Positions 12,839 to 25,238 of a stretch of 64,000 nucleotides of DNA are shown one piece after another. The DNA comes from Chlorokybus atmophyticus (taxonomy: Eukaryota > Plantae > Mesostigma and Chlorokybus algae). A program made the translations under genes and the position numbers. Within the stretch, counting starts at the first letter, position 1. The number at the start of each line of letters is the position of its first letter. The DNA is taken from assembly GCA_009103225.1 (NCBI GenBank), contig RHPI01000277.1, positions 828,074 through 892,073 on the forward strand, read 5' to 3'. The notes beneath the pieces were generated by a model. That model worked only from the letters and a program-made list of their open reading frames with translations, was not told where the DNA came from and did no database searches.

Positions 12839-13357
12839 TTCTGCCTAGAAGCTTCGGGCGACTTCGACCGTGCGATGAAATCCTCTACAAGCTCGATCGA
12901 CGTGTTGTTAAGCTCGGGTGACATCGTAGCCGTCCATCTAGAGCAGATCGGTTGTACGTCTTGGTAAGTTTGACCAAGTCTCTCTCTCTCGCTTGCAAGC
13001 CGCGGAGCCAGTTTAGATCTGCCAGCCTCCGCTTCAGGAAACTGCCACGTAAGTGCCACGCGCCAAACTATGCAATCTAGATTTGCCGCCATCGATCCGG
13101 GGCGCGATGTACGATTCGGGGCGCGATGTACAGTGCAGCACATGTCGACGTCGATGCAGCAGATCAGCTATTGTCGGTGGTCGGTGCATGTGGTAAACAG
13201 CGGCTGTGTCGGTGACGGCGGCGACGGCGGCGGCGGCGGTGGTGGCGGCGGCATTGGCGGGGTGGATGTTGATGTTGATGCTGAGTTTGCCTCTGTATCT
13301 TGGACTGTAGAAGAGTAGCATCTGTAATCAGGTGGTCTTTTTTCTCCCCTCCCCCGC

Positions 13358-14449
13358 ATGGCCGCCCTGCTGAGAGGTGGGAGGTCGCTGAGACAGGCGG
13401 CGGCGGCGGGGTGGGCGGCGGCGGGTCCGTGGGCGGGCTTGGCAGGGTTGGAGGTGGGAGGCTTCCGGGTGAGGTGGTTTGCTGGAGGGCCGCCCAAGAC
13501 GGTTTGCGTGCTGCCGGATCCCGCCGCCACGCTAGAGCGGATTGTCGTTGAGAAGGGGCCCCTCAATGCGATTGCCATCTGGGAGGAAGCAAGGGTAATC
13601 GATGCATGTTTCATTTCAAAGTGAAAAAAGAGATCTTGACAAATCGATTGCATCATCTTGTGAATTGTCTTTATAAACGCTTGGTCATATGCTTGGTTGA
13701 AGTGCTTTTTCTAGTTAGATTATGCTGCAGTAGGGTTTCATTGCTCGTCAGTATGCGGCTTGTTTTCCTGTACAATCATGCGTTTTGGTACATGCAAACG
13801 CCATCCATGATTATATTTTTGTATATGAGATGCTACTTTGGTTAACAAGTTGAGCTATGTCATACATCGGCGCGGAGTTGAGCAGCTCAACTCCGCGCCG
13901 ATGTATGACATATGCTAGGCACTTGCATGTCGTTGTCTGCAGGCATTGTTTGCCAAGTAGCAAAGACTGTTGATAGCTGCATTGGTCCCATTATCAAGCA
14001 CGTTGATGCATGTGTCGTTGACACCTGGGTCGATTGCTGGTGCTGGTGCTGGTGCTGCTGTCAGTTTTGCTTTTATCTCTGTTGTTGGTAATGTTGTAAC
14101 TGTTCTAGTTGTTGTTCTTGTGCCTGCTGCTGCTGCTCCTGCATCTTTGACACAACAACAGCTAACTCACAACACCAATAAAACCCAGTTGGCCGGATTT
14201 CCGACGCGCACATACATGAAGAAGCAGCTGCGGTTCCTTCTAAACCAGAAGCGGGTGGTGGTGAAGGCGGATTGGGGGCCGGACCCAGTCGCCGTGCGCG
14301 CGCCCAACGGGAAGCCAAATCAAGCCAAGGCCGAGTTCGTGTACCGGATGCCCGATAGACGGGAGAAGCAAATTGCTAGGAGGGCCGCCGCTGCAGCCGC
14401 CGCATCATCAGATCCATTGTCCATTGCTTCTGCAGCTGAGTCTGCATAA
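13358..14449 (+). CDS. Plant-type mitoribosomal protein mL80-like, with a mitochondrial presequence-like N-terminus (2 exons)
   Basis: TLERIVVEKGPLNAIAIWEEAR|LAGFPTRTYMKKQLRFLL matches the pattern IVxExGPLxxxxxWE...G....MKxxLR that I recall for Arabidopsis mL80. N-terminus is Arg/Ala-rich. Exons 13358-13594 and 14189-14449. Confidence 0.65.
13856..13912. repeat. Perfect 28-bp inverted repeat with 1-nt spacer, intronic
   Basis: tatgtcatacatcggcgcggagttgagc-a-gctcaactccgcgccgatgtatgacata. Confidence 0.95.
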
Positions 14450-15411
14450 ATGCCGGCGATGCAGCCAGCTCAATCCGGGACGACTTGCGTGAGAGGGAAG
14501 GGTGATGGCCTGCTGGTCAGTAATGCTGTTGCAACGTGCTAGCGCTAGCATAGAGCTAAGCAGGGTTTTTGATGCACATCGTAGCGACAACCCGCACATG
14601 AGCAGGTATGAAGCAGGAAGGTCTCATGGGGATAAGCGGATAGGTGTGTGACGGCATTGGATCAGCTCATAGATGTTGGTACTTGGCAAATGCCAATGCA
14701 GGTTGACGCCTGGTGTTGCACGAAACAGTTGTCTTATGGGCAGCGACGCTGTTGACATGTTGTGCATGGTATGGCTGAGGCTTGCCAATACAGGTTAACG
14801 CCTGGTATTGGCGTGTTAGCTATCAATAGATACTCTTTGGGCTGTGACATTGTTGATATGTAATCCATGCTGTGGCTTAGCTGTAGGCTTACTTGCCTGA
14901 TACATAACCCTTAACCAGAGGCTTTGGTTAGCAAAATCGGTGCACAACTTGGTTGGCATTGGCTCTGTAATCGACCACTAGCAGTAATCAATAGTTGTAA
15001 CTTGGCTGTGGACTGAAGGCGGAACTGCACACAGAATATACTATGTGCAGATTGCATGTGTCCTGTTGATACAAGACAGCACCTTGGGATATTGTGCACA
15101 TGGCGCATCACAGCAACCCGAAGCATGCCAATCCAGGTGTCATGACAGGGACGGTGTTGAACCACTGCCACAGACGTTCCTGTGCACATTCTGTGGTCTA
15201 CAGGTAGTGCCCAAGCAGAAGGCATATGCCATGGCTGGTTACACTCCACATTGTACATACAATGCGAAACGGCAATGCATATGTGTTTACATTATACACT
15301 GCTCGAGCACTAAGTATACCATCACAACATACTACTACTACTTACTGAACTTACATTACTAAACTGATACCTGACCTGTGCAGGTGATGTCTAGAATCAA
15401 CAGCTCCACCT

Positions 15412-17817
15412 CTAGCCTGGCTGAAAGCCAAACTGAGAGCATTGCACCATGGTATCCACCTCATGCTCGCTGCAGCTGCCATCGCTGAGATCTTCCTGGT
15501 TGAGACGCACGGGCATGTTTGTTCCTACTAGACGAGCTGCACCTCTCCCATCTTTATCAGCAAAACACCGCAGCAGCTCCTCCTCTGCATCCTGCAAGCA
15601 CGCTGCTCGAGATGAAGCGCTCCTCATCTCCCGTCGGTCGCTGGGAAGCGAAGCGCCGCTGTCATGAAAGTCTCTGAGGTCGACCTCGCCCGGTCGAGTG
15701 GCAGCACCGGAGTGCTTGCCAGCCATTAGCCACATCGATCGCGCAGGCAGAGCATGCTTCCTTATGTGTCCTCCCCCGAGTGTGCAACTTTCCACTGCCA
15801 TAACACAACCATTTTGCAAAGGCATGCCATGGGCGGCCCACGGGCTGCCTATTGTTGAACAATGTGCCTTACCAAGCAGATTTGATGTTGTCCGATTGAT
15901 AACAACAGCATCAAGCTGCATGGCAATGACGCTCTGGCGGAGCTGCGGTGTGCACTGCACGTCCTCCCCATCATCCGTCCCGGTCGCAGTGCCACGCGCA
16001 ATGGTGCCGCGGGTGCAAGCGGATTCATCTTGCAACGTGATCGGTTCTGCACCTGTGCATGTCTCTTGGCCACGCGTGCAGTCGGTTGCCGTCTGAACAG
16101 AGGCAATCGCTGAGCCCAGCACAGCAGCACCTGTTGTTCCCGCTCCCAACCTTGAACCCTGTCAACCAGCAACGGTAACTATCAGCAGATGCAGCTGTAA
16201 GGAAATCAATTCCACAGAAGCACTACAAATGTACAAGGTCCCACATAGCGCCAGTCATGCACAACAGCGTACACTCACCTCTTCAGGCCTAAATCTATAT
16301 GCATCAACTGCTGCTCCACGTTTCGCTTCCCGTCCTTCGCTTTGAACAGTGCTTTCTTTGTTAACACAGCCTGACCTCTTCTCCCAGCCATGTGCGGCAA
16401 GTGAGGCCGCCAGTCTTGCACCCACAGTTGGCCCTTTGGCCTTGCGTGGTTTAGGTCGCGAAACTGCCGGGAGGGGTGCGGGGCAGCGCTCCTTTGCAGC
16501 TGCGCTGGTCGTAGCGTTGCTGCGCACGCCATTTGCATGCAGTGCAACGGGCATAGGAGTGGGAGGCCCGGCTGCCTGTGAAGCAATCAGTGCAGCTGCC
16601 GCAGCTAACACCTTTCTACGCGGGCCCAGTGCCGTAATGCCCATAGCCATCAGATCACGATCTGAAGCAACAAGCATGCATAAGAAAACTCATAGTACTA
16701 CATATGACAAAAGTGACAGTACTAGTAGAACAGACTGCGCAATAGCACACCACCTATAGTAAACTGGTCTCGCAAACACATGCAGCTTGAATGCAGTCCA
16801 GTGTGCTCTGACTCACGAAAGCAGGTGCAAGATGCGACACAAGTTGATGTGACAGTACATGTACGTCGCCGCAATGGCACGCCCCATGAGTGCTAAGCAA
16901 GCTTTGACAGCGCAAACAGCAGCACTGCACGCAATCAACATGGCGTGTGCAAGAAATGCTGGCTTGCTAACTTGTTCACCTGAGACCAAGGGGAGCACAG
17001 CCAGGTCCACCTCTTCACGCTCAAGCCGCGTGGCATGCTTCTCCAAGCCGAGAGCTGCCAGCAGCTCCCGCACGGAACCCGCCGCCGCCGCCGCCGCAGC
17101 TGGGCTAAGCTTAGCGGCTGCCGCAGCTGTGGCAGCCCGGCGCTGGCGTTTGGCGCAGTATGCTGCAGCATGCGCTAACCTCACATTTGAGCGTGCGCCT
17201 TGGCCTTTCTTGGCAGGCGGCTCCTCCTCACGCTGTTTCCGCCTGCGCCCTTCCTGCGGCTCCTGGACGTCATTGTCATTGCTGTTGCAGTCGTTGCGCT
17301 CATCGCCCTTGTCGTCCACAAGCACCGCTTTGCCCTTCTCCTGCTGCTGCTGGCTGGGCTGCAAGCCATTCAAGCAGCGGCTGGGAAGGCTCTGCCTGCG
17401 CTCCAAGGAGTATGAAGTTGGGTCCCACTGGCAGACGGCGGTAGGAGCGGTGTCGTTAGCGAGGGTTGCCTTCTCCCGCTCCTCGTCGACCGCGCCAACG
17501 AGCAGGCAGCCGTCCACGTGCACAACAGCTTCGGCCTCGCTGCAAACACCCAGCCACTTGCAACACACAGGGCACACTATGCCCTGCAGCTGTAACGGCT
17601 GCTGCTGCTGTGCCGGCTGCGGCCGCAGCTGCGGCGGCGGTGGCGATGGTGGCTGCTGTTGCTTCTGTTGCTGCTCCTCCTCCTCAACCCCTTCCTGCTG
17701 CGACTGCGTTTCCAGCTGCCGGTAGATGTTTTCGCCCACACGGTACCTGAAAGCGTCCAGCCTCTTGCGAGCCTCCACGGCCGCCGCCTCCGCCGCCGCC
17801 CCTCCCTCCACCTCCAT
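15412..17817 (-). CDS. UBZ4-type zinc finger plus SAM-domain protein (SNM1/PSO2-like N-terminal architecture; 3' end uncertain)
   Basis: CPVC...EAVVHVDGCL (UBZ-like). SVRELLAALGLEKHATRLEREEVDLAVLPLV...DRDLMAMGITALGPRRKVLAA (SAM). Long low-complexity linkers. Confidence 0.7.
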
Positions 17818-17990
17818 ACGCAGGTGCTCAACGGCTGGCCCCCAGGTTCGCGCCAAAACTTTTTGCTGTCCATTTGAAAACTAGGGTTTGAGGCTGCCTG
17901 AAGCCATACTTTGAGAATGCATTTTTTGGGCTGTGAAGTTGATGGCAAGAAACTTGTCCAGAAAAAGGCTCTCCTACCGGTAATTGTGGT

Positions 17991-18075
17991 GTTATTGAAG
18001 TTTCGTACTTGGTTATTGTGATTGGCAAGCCAATGGTTTGCCAATCACAATAATCAAGTACGAAACTTCAATAAC
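17991..18075. repeat. 42-bp near-perfect inverted repeat (2 mismatches, 1-nt spacer)
   Basis: gttattgaagtttcgtacttggttattgtgattggcaagcca-a-tggtttgccaatcacaataatcaagtacgaaacttcaataac. Confidence 0.95.
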
Positions 18076-20298
18076 CATGCACACCAGTCACATGTGATCA
18101 TTTTGTTATGTAATTTCAAGATCTTTAATCATCCAGTGATGATCATGTGAAATTGGCATGAAATGATTCTCAATGGGTTGTTGCGGTTGGCAAGCTCATA
18201 ATTTCATGTTAATCTCCGGATGTCGCTTAAGTTTCCTAATCATCCAATGACAACAATATACAAAGGGTATAATATCGCGTTTAAACTTGTTTCACGATCA
18301 ATATGTTTGCACACATGTATTGTGCTTTGCTTTTCGTGCATGTGCAAGTAGCCCTCTTCGATTGTTGCTCGATTTTCATATATCAATACATCATGTTGTG
18401 TGAATCACAACATAAGCATTCACACGCTGAAAGCCACTCTATCTACATGTTGAAAGTTTTGCGATTGAAGTTGGTTGCAAGCGCTCATGCTCATGACTTA
18501 AACATTGCACTACGCTCAACATAGTGCAACAAGTCTTGTGTTAATGTGTAATTTGAATAATAATTAGCACAGAAGGTGGAGAAGAGAGCAAAACCAAAAC
18601 GTAATACCGTGTGACAACAAAATGGACATATATGGACACGATATGAGTAAGCCTACAATTGTAATCAAGTCAAATGAGACACATATCATACTCATGCTAG
18701 AAAAGTGAATTCATCCTTTTGTGCCAAATACACTTTTTATTATTGAAAATCTTATTGTAGGCAGCAGGTCATGGGCAGACTTTGTATAATGTGTCCACAT
18801 TCCACACATCGCCGCGGTGCAAGTGATTGCTGGACACCCTGCATGCTGGTCGGCCTTATGGGGCAAGGGCTTAGCGTGTTAGGTAGAGTAGGCAGCCCGG
18901 TGGTGAACTGCTGGTGTAGAGTGTAAGCATGGTATTTGCCCATCCCTGCATATTGTGTTAATGCGATGTTGCTTTTTCACACTTCGCATGTGACTAATCC
19001 AGCATACGATCTTTTGTACACTCGTCAGCAAGTTGCCGTTTACACCCATACACCAATGTTGGACATCCAGCAGCGCCATCGCATCAACACCATCCCCTCT
19101 GCCTGCGTTGCAGATCAAGGCTACTACGCACACTTTTGCTTATGCTCAACATGTACTTGCACTTTCTTTTGCATTCACATAGGTCAGCAGCCGCTGTAGG
19201 CTAGGTGGTAGTGATGTAAGATATACATGACGAGCTGTTGTGCACACGCATGCAATATGCATATCACTCCAGCATTTCACTCACACTACTATATAACACC
19301 GTTGTTACCACCGGGCTATGTTACTTCGTTACTCCACACCAACTAGCCTTCCCTGTTAGACATGCATGCACATGCACACTAACGTCATTACCTGCCCACA
19401 TGGGCTGCTGTTAGTCGGTGCTGTCAACGGCAAGCAAGTCCACTGCAAACACGACAATTCCCTCCCTCCTGCTCTCCCTCTCTCCCGCCACTCTCTTCGC
19501 TCTGCAGCTCATGCTGCTTCCTTGGCCGCAACTCTACCCCAGTCCTTGCGGTGCAGTGCCAACGTCAGCACTGCACCGCACAGTGCAGGGTGGTAGTGGT
19601 GTTGGCAGTCAGAGGTTGGTGGCAGTTAGGTCCTGCTGGTGGGGTTGGGTGCTTATGCCTTTGGCACGGGCAAGTTGCGGTACCATGCAGCCTGCTCCTC
19701 GTGCATGCTCAGTGTCCAGTCCGTCTGTTCTGTGCTGCTGGGGGGATGCGTGCGGCCATATCTGCTCGCATGCGAAGCGCGTATCTTGGGTAGTGTTTGT
19801 GGTGTATGGTGGGACATACAGGCCATTAGGTTTGGTAGAGGCGCTAACAGTGGACGCTGGTGTCATAGATAACAGACTGTCATTGCACTCAAGCAAGCAG
19901 CCTAGTACTACTTTAAGTGCGCTTGTATGGAGAGCAAAAAGTGACAAGCTGTGCAACTGCTACTGCCGCAAGTTGACATTGCACATCACGGTAGGTAGTG
20001 AACTGCACCGCTATGGGCACAACTACGCCAATGCAGCCAAAGCCAACAAGATTGTGCGTAATATCCACGCTAAGCATAAAAGGCCTTACTGCACGCTTGC
20101 TAGATCTGCCACGGACAATCTGTACAAGTGCAATGTCTCTACTGTCCGAGGTATAGAGCTCCTACTGGCTACGTAGGCTTACGCTGCAAGCAGATGCCTG
20201 GGCAGCGACCACCAATGCGGCAACAGACGAGGTGATTACAGCAAGAGCTGCCCTGTCACCACCTGTCACCATAGCATGCTTGAACATTAGCGCTGCAC

Positions 20299-20905
20299 CT
20301 ACTTCTTCTCTCCCCTGAGCTTAACGCCAAGTGCTCGTTCCAGCTTCCCCAGGATCTGCTGGTTTGGTATGGCTTTGCCAGACTCATACTCTTGAATGAT
20401 CTGTGGCTTCTCGTTGATCGCCTGCGCCAGCTGCGCCTGCGTGAGCTTCTTTTCCAACCGCGCAGCCATGATCGCCTTCTTCAAGTCTGAGCTGACCCTC
20501 TCATGAGCCAGAGCCTCCGTCTCCTCGTCCAGCTTGCGCGTGTTCAGCTGTGGGGTTGCTGTCGAGCTGCTTTACAGAAACAATCAGTACACAGGCGGCA
20601 ATTGTGATGCAAAGCAAATTATGACCACAGATCGACCGTCTGGGTTCCACACAACAGACTTGCGACATACCACCCGCTACTTGCCGTATCAAGCGCTCAG
20701 ATGGAGCGCAACGTTTGCGCCGAAACACAGCATCACGTACAGCCACTGACCTTTTGTTAGCGCCGGCGTTGAACTTCTTCATCGTCTCGACCTGCCCGCC
20801 TGTTCGGCGAGCGGCGTTGACAGCCTTTTCATCTTGCCTAGCCGCAGAGGTCTGCTGCTTCTTCCTGACCACCACCGGCTCCCAGTCCTGACCTAGCCAC
20901 GACAT
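20299..20905 (-). CDS. MBF1: Multiprotein bridging factor 1 (2 exons)
   Basis: [16 protein letters not shown]...KKFNAGANK|...[78 protein letters not shown]. Confidence 0.95.
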
Positions 20906-21279
20906 CCTGCTGACTTCCCTGTGCACCAACCACAACCTCTTCCTCCTTGGAGTAACACTTCTAACCCAGCAACTGGCAAATCAACCGTGGAGAACCTCTG
21001 CAAACCTCGCACACCAACACTCACGGCAACGACTACAACCTCACCGCCGCCGCCACCCGCAGTACAGCGCTTCACACTCGTCTTGGCTGCGCTGCCACGT
21101 TTAACACAACTGGCAGCTGTATCGGGATTACGGCTTAGAAGCCTCTGGTTGGCGCAAGGATACGCCTTGATGGCGGTGCGTTACGTCATAAAGTACACGT
21201 GTCCCGCGGACACAGAGTTGCGGCCACGCGGCCGATGACGGTAGATTGAGTTACCGCATGCGTAACCCATTTTGTGAAT

Positions 21280-21287
21280 TAGGGTTT
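21280..21287 (+). promoter_or_regulatory. Telobox (TAGGGTTT) upstream of SPF30
   Basis: About 35 nt upstream of the ATG. The same motif occurs near the 5' ends of other genes (17882, 54290, 62306). Confidence 0.55.
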
Positions 21288-21322
21288 GCAGCAATTAAGG
21301 CTGCGGTGCATTGGCAGGCGGC

Positions 21323-22527
21323 ATGGCGGAGATGGAGGAGGAGGAGGCGGCGGCGGTCGGCGAGGTGGAGGACGAGGCTTCTGTGGATGAAATACGTAGT
21401 AACCTTGCTGAGTACGAGGAACAGCTTGCCGGTGTGGACGCGCTTCTCGAGCAGGAGCCCGGCAATGCCGAGTATCTGGAGGTGCGCCAGGGCCTGGTGG
21501 AGGTGGTCGCGCTCACTCGGGACCTCCTCCAGCAGGCGGTCGTTGCCAGCGGCGGGGGTGTTGTAGCGGGGAACAGGGGGGAGGATGCTGGCCCAAGTGG
21601 TAGAGACACTGAGGAGCACGGTGTGGCGGGCGGCAAGTCAAAAAAGAATATAAAGAAGAAGAAGGAGCTCACGCCTGAGGAGCTGGCCAACTTGGAGCTC
21701 CCAGCAAGGCTCCGCGTTCTACCAACCGACACAGAAGATGAGGTTGGTGCCACTTCCTTGATACTTTACCGCTGTTATTGCTGCAGTGCAGTACACGAGC
21801 ATGCAAGCATTGTATCTTCAGTCAGTAAGCAATGTACACATGGGCGATAAGCAATCCATATAGCATAATTACTTGCGTGCGCACATGCACATAACATCCA
21901 GTGTTTGATCGTGCATTATTGAAGCAATGCCATGCACGTGTGCGCCCATAATTACAGTTAACATGTAAGTGTTGTCGCGTCGCGGCATAAGGACACGCGC
22001 ATGGACATTTACAAAGTACAGGGCTTGCATGCAGGTCAATGATAAGCCTTGCATATTGCAATGTTGCACATGGATGTGTGACTGTTGCAATACATTGCAT
22101 GCAGAGATTGTGACAGCATTGGATACCGCCACTATTGCATGAGCTCAGCTGCACCATGTGCGGACTCACATGCTTCATTGTTGATGTGCACCACTTGGAC
22201 TGACATTCTTCCCCCTCGCTACCGCAGAAGGCCAAAAAGCGGAAGCAGCAACATGCGTTCAAGTCTAGACAAAGGATGGCTCGGCTGGAAGTGGAGCACA
22301 ACAGCAAAGCAACCAGCTGGAAACGGTTTCAAACGGGAAAGGCCAACACGTCAAAGAAAGCTGGTTTCCTCACAGGCACACGGAAAGGGAGCATCTTTGC
22401 CACGCCCGACAATCCAGAGGGCAAGGTTGGTGTCACAGGTTCGGGCAAGCCGATGACCGATTTTGCAAAGCGTGACAAGTATGTCAAAGCACCTCAAGGA
22501 GCAGATGCGCATGGGGAGGAGGATTGA
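21323..22527 (+). CDS. SPF30: SPF30/SMNDC1-like splicing factor lacking the Tudor domain (2 exons)
   Basis: N-terminal LAEYEEQLAGVDALLEQEPGNAEYL...VVALTRDLL. C-terminal LPARLRVLPTD..|KAKKRKQQHAFKS...GSIFATPDNPEGKVGVTGSGKPMTDF. Confidence 0.88.
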
Positions 22528-25238
22528 GTGCCGTTGAGCTTGGCCGTATTGTAACAGCTATCGTTGGTTTGTGCATGCGCAACCATCACTCCTGCCATGC
22601 TGCGCCAGTTTTAACACATGGCGCTGCTCCGCTCTCACAGTGCACTAGATGCCACTGAAGGTCATGCCGCCGCCTGAAACCAGTCATGGCGGCGATGGAC
22701 AAGCATTCAGATCCTCACACATGATGCACATGGTCTACAGGTGCCGGCGTTGCAGTGTCCACAGCCCGCAGCACGATTGGATGTGCAACTTGATTCAAAG
22801 CGTTGGCCATGCGGCAAAGCATCTCTTGTCGCAGACTGGATGGTTCGCTTGCCTGTTATGTGAAGCGTTTGCAGACGCTTCGCACAGCTTATTCATGAAT
22901 AAGCTGCGTCGTGGACCACTGGACTTGTATTAGCCTTATGCTGCGCTGAGATAGGTGCTGTAGGTTTGCAAATCGAGGAGCTGCCAGAAAAATCGTGGTT
23001 GGGATTCTGATCATTCACTTGGTACTGCCATGGCTTGTTGTTCGCTATTCACAAGGAATAAGCATAGTTGAATGGAGACAACAAACCCTCCCAAGTGGCG
23101 GTACGACAACTTGCAATAGAGCTGCTAGAGAGCGTGCTCAAGCGGAAAGGAGCCAGATGTGTTGGACACCAACGCAAGCATAGATGGCACACAAGCAAGT
23201 CACAAGCAGCAAGCAAGCAGGCAGTGATAGATTAGGTTGGGGCCAAGGCACATGCACTATTCACTTTGTAAGCCATGAGTATGTAGGTGACAGTTGTAGC
23301 TACCGGTAGGCGTTTTGTTGGAAAGGTGGATTTACCATCGTGTTGCTGCCACCTTTATATACGCCGTGCAGACAATACGCAATGCTGTGACTGTGAGCAC
23401 ACAACATGTACAAACAATGCGAAACGGAAATGCACATGCACAGTGGCATGCACAGTCAGCAGCATGCAGAGTGACATAGCGCATACCACCAACACCTGTA
23501 AGGTTGACCACCGGGTTCATTCACTACCTAACACGCTACATTGTGTAATTGTTGCATCACTCACTTTGCCCACCTTGTATAATCGTTGCTTGTTCGTTGC
23601 TCCTATAACAAAAGTGACGTTTATTGCTGCGTTCAACGGAACGTGAGCTTGTTGGGGTAAAGCCGCAGTTTGACATTATTTTACGAGGCATCGACATGCA
23701 TGCTAATCTTTGACAAAATGCCGGTGTCCAATCGGCCACCGCCATAATTCACACCGTGTACCTTGCGGACTACTTGCCGGTACTTGCTCGCGGTATGCGC
23801 GGTAAGACGTAGGTGCGCAAAGAGACACAAGGTCGAGGGATGCGGTTGAATTGTGGATGTTGACTGAAGTGCACTGCACTCTGCGAAGGGTACATCGTCC
23901 TGACTGCTCAAGGGCGGGCCTAACCTGTGCACCCTCTCCCTCTCCCTACGCTCTGCAGGTGGTACTCTTCTGACTGCTATGCCCCTGACGCCCCTCCCCC
24001 ACCTGTGCCCATTGTGGTTTGAGGGTCGTAGTTTGTTGTGTTCTAATTACCGTAGAGTTTGCTACAACTCTACCTTGGCCCCCATTTAGATGGTGTGCAT
24101 CGTGCGGTTTGTTTGCTTACTTTGCATTGGGCCCCTCTCCGCTCGAGTTGCTGAGTTTGCAACTCTTATGTTTGCTATGCATGATGTCATTGTCACAACA
24201 CCTTGTGCGACTCCGGGAGCTGGAGCACATGCAGTCTCTCTTTTATTACCTGGGCCTAATCACGCCAACATTGTCCGTGCGCATGGCTGCCTACACATGA
24301 GCCACCCACAACTCACACCACCTGTGCAGTACATTGAGAGGCACAATTGAGTATAATGATCACTAGCCTAAGCATATTGCTTGCATTTCATGCAGGCTAC
24401 AACTGTACAAGCATTAGCAGCGGGCTGCATGCGCTATTATCGGAGTTCATGTGGCTGCACAGGCTTTGTTGAGATATGGCCTTGCTAGACCGCGACATTT
24501 TCGGCTAGTTGGTGACTGTCTCGCATTGTAACAATGGACCATGCTGTGTATAGGCTGTCCAAATGTGGCAGATTCAAGAGCACTCAGACACAGCAGTACA
24601 GCAGCACTACAGCAAGCAGACAGGCAGGCACGAACAAGCACAGTCAATCAACAACGACAGGAGCAACTAGGCTAAGTGCATGCGCTTAGCTAAATGCATG
24701 CGAGGCGGAGGGCAAAGTAGGCAGGCAGGGGAGAGGGCAAGGGCAGGTGCAAGTAGCAGACCTGACGCAGCGCAGATGCAGACGCTGGGTCAGTCTCGGG
24801 TCTTCACACCTCCACAGCAGCAATAGCAACAGCAAGGGTAGCAGGGGAGGGAAGGGCAGAGCAGGGAGGAGTAGGGCGGATGTTGTGCAAATGACTGGCT
24901 GCTGCTGCGCCGCCACCCGCTTGCATGATCTTCAGCGCTGGTGGTTAAGCCGATAGCAACTCCGGAAATGGCTGCAGGGCAAGTCTGTAGTCTCACGGTT
25001 ACCAATGCATCCATAGCGATCACAGTCACCCGCACATGCTTACATAGGTATATCATGACATGCACCTACATAGGCATACACAGGCATACCCCGTCATATC
25101 AGCACAACGGCACAGCAGCAAGCAGACCCACATAGACTGTGTGTGCGTGCAGTAGTACTCCCCGCACCCACAACTGTCACAACAACAACCACACTTACCT
25201 TACTTCCCTCACTCACCTGTTGGCTAGTCACGGCGTGC

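Noticed and set aside
13034-13321. 95-aa ATG ORF on the - strand as a uORF or gene
   Set aside because: It is antisense to a GGC-rich 5' leader of the mL80-like gene, its ATG is only 37 nt from the opposite ATG, and it has no recognisable homology.
24925-24965. CTGAAGA hammerhead-core-like motif downstream of the PLE (- strand)
   Set aside because: There is no stem II followed by GAAA and no cleavage triplet, so a ribozyme is not supported.
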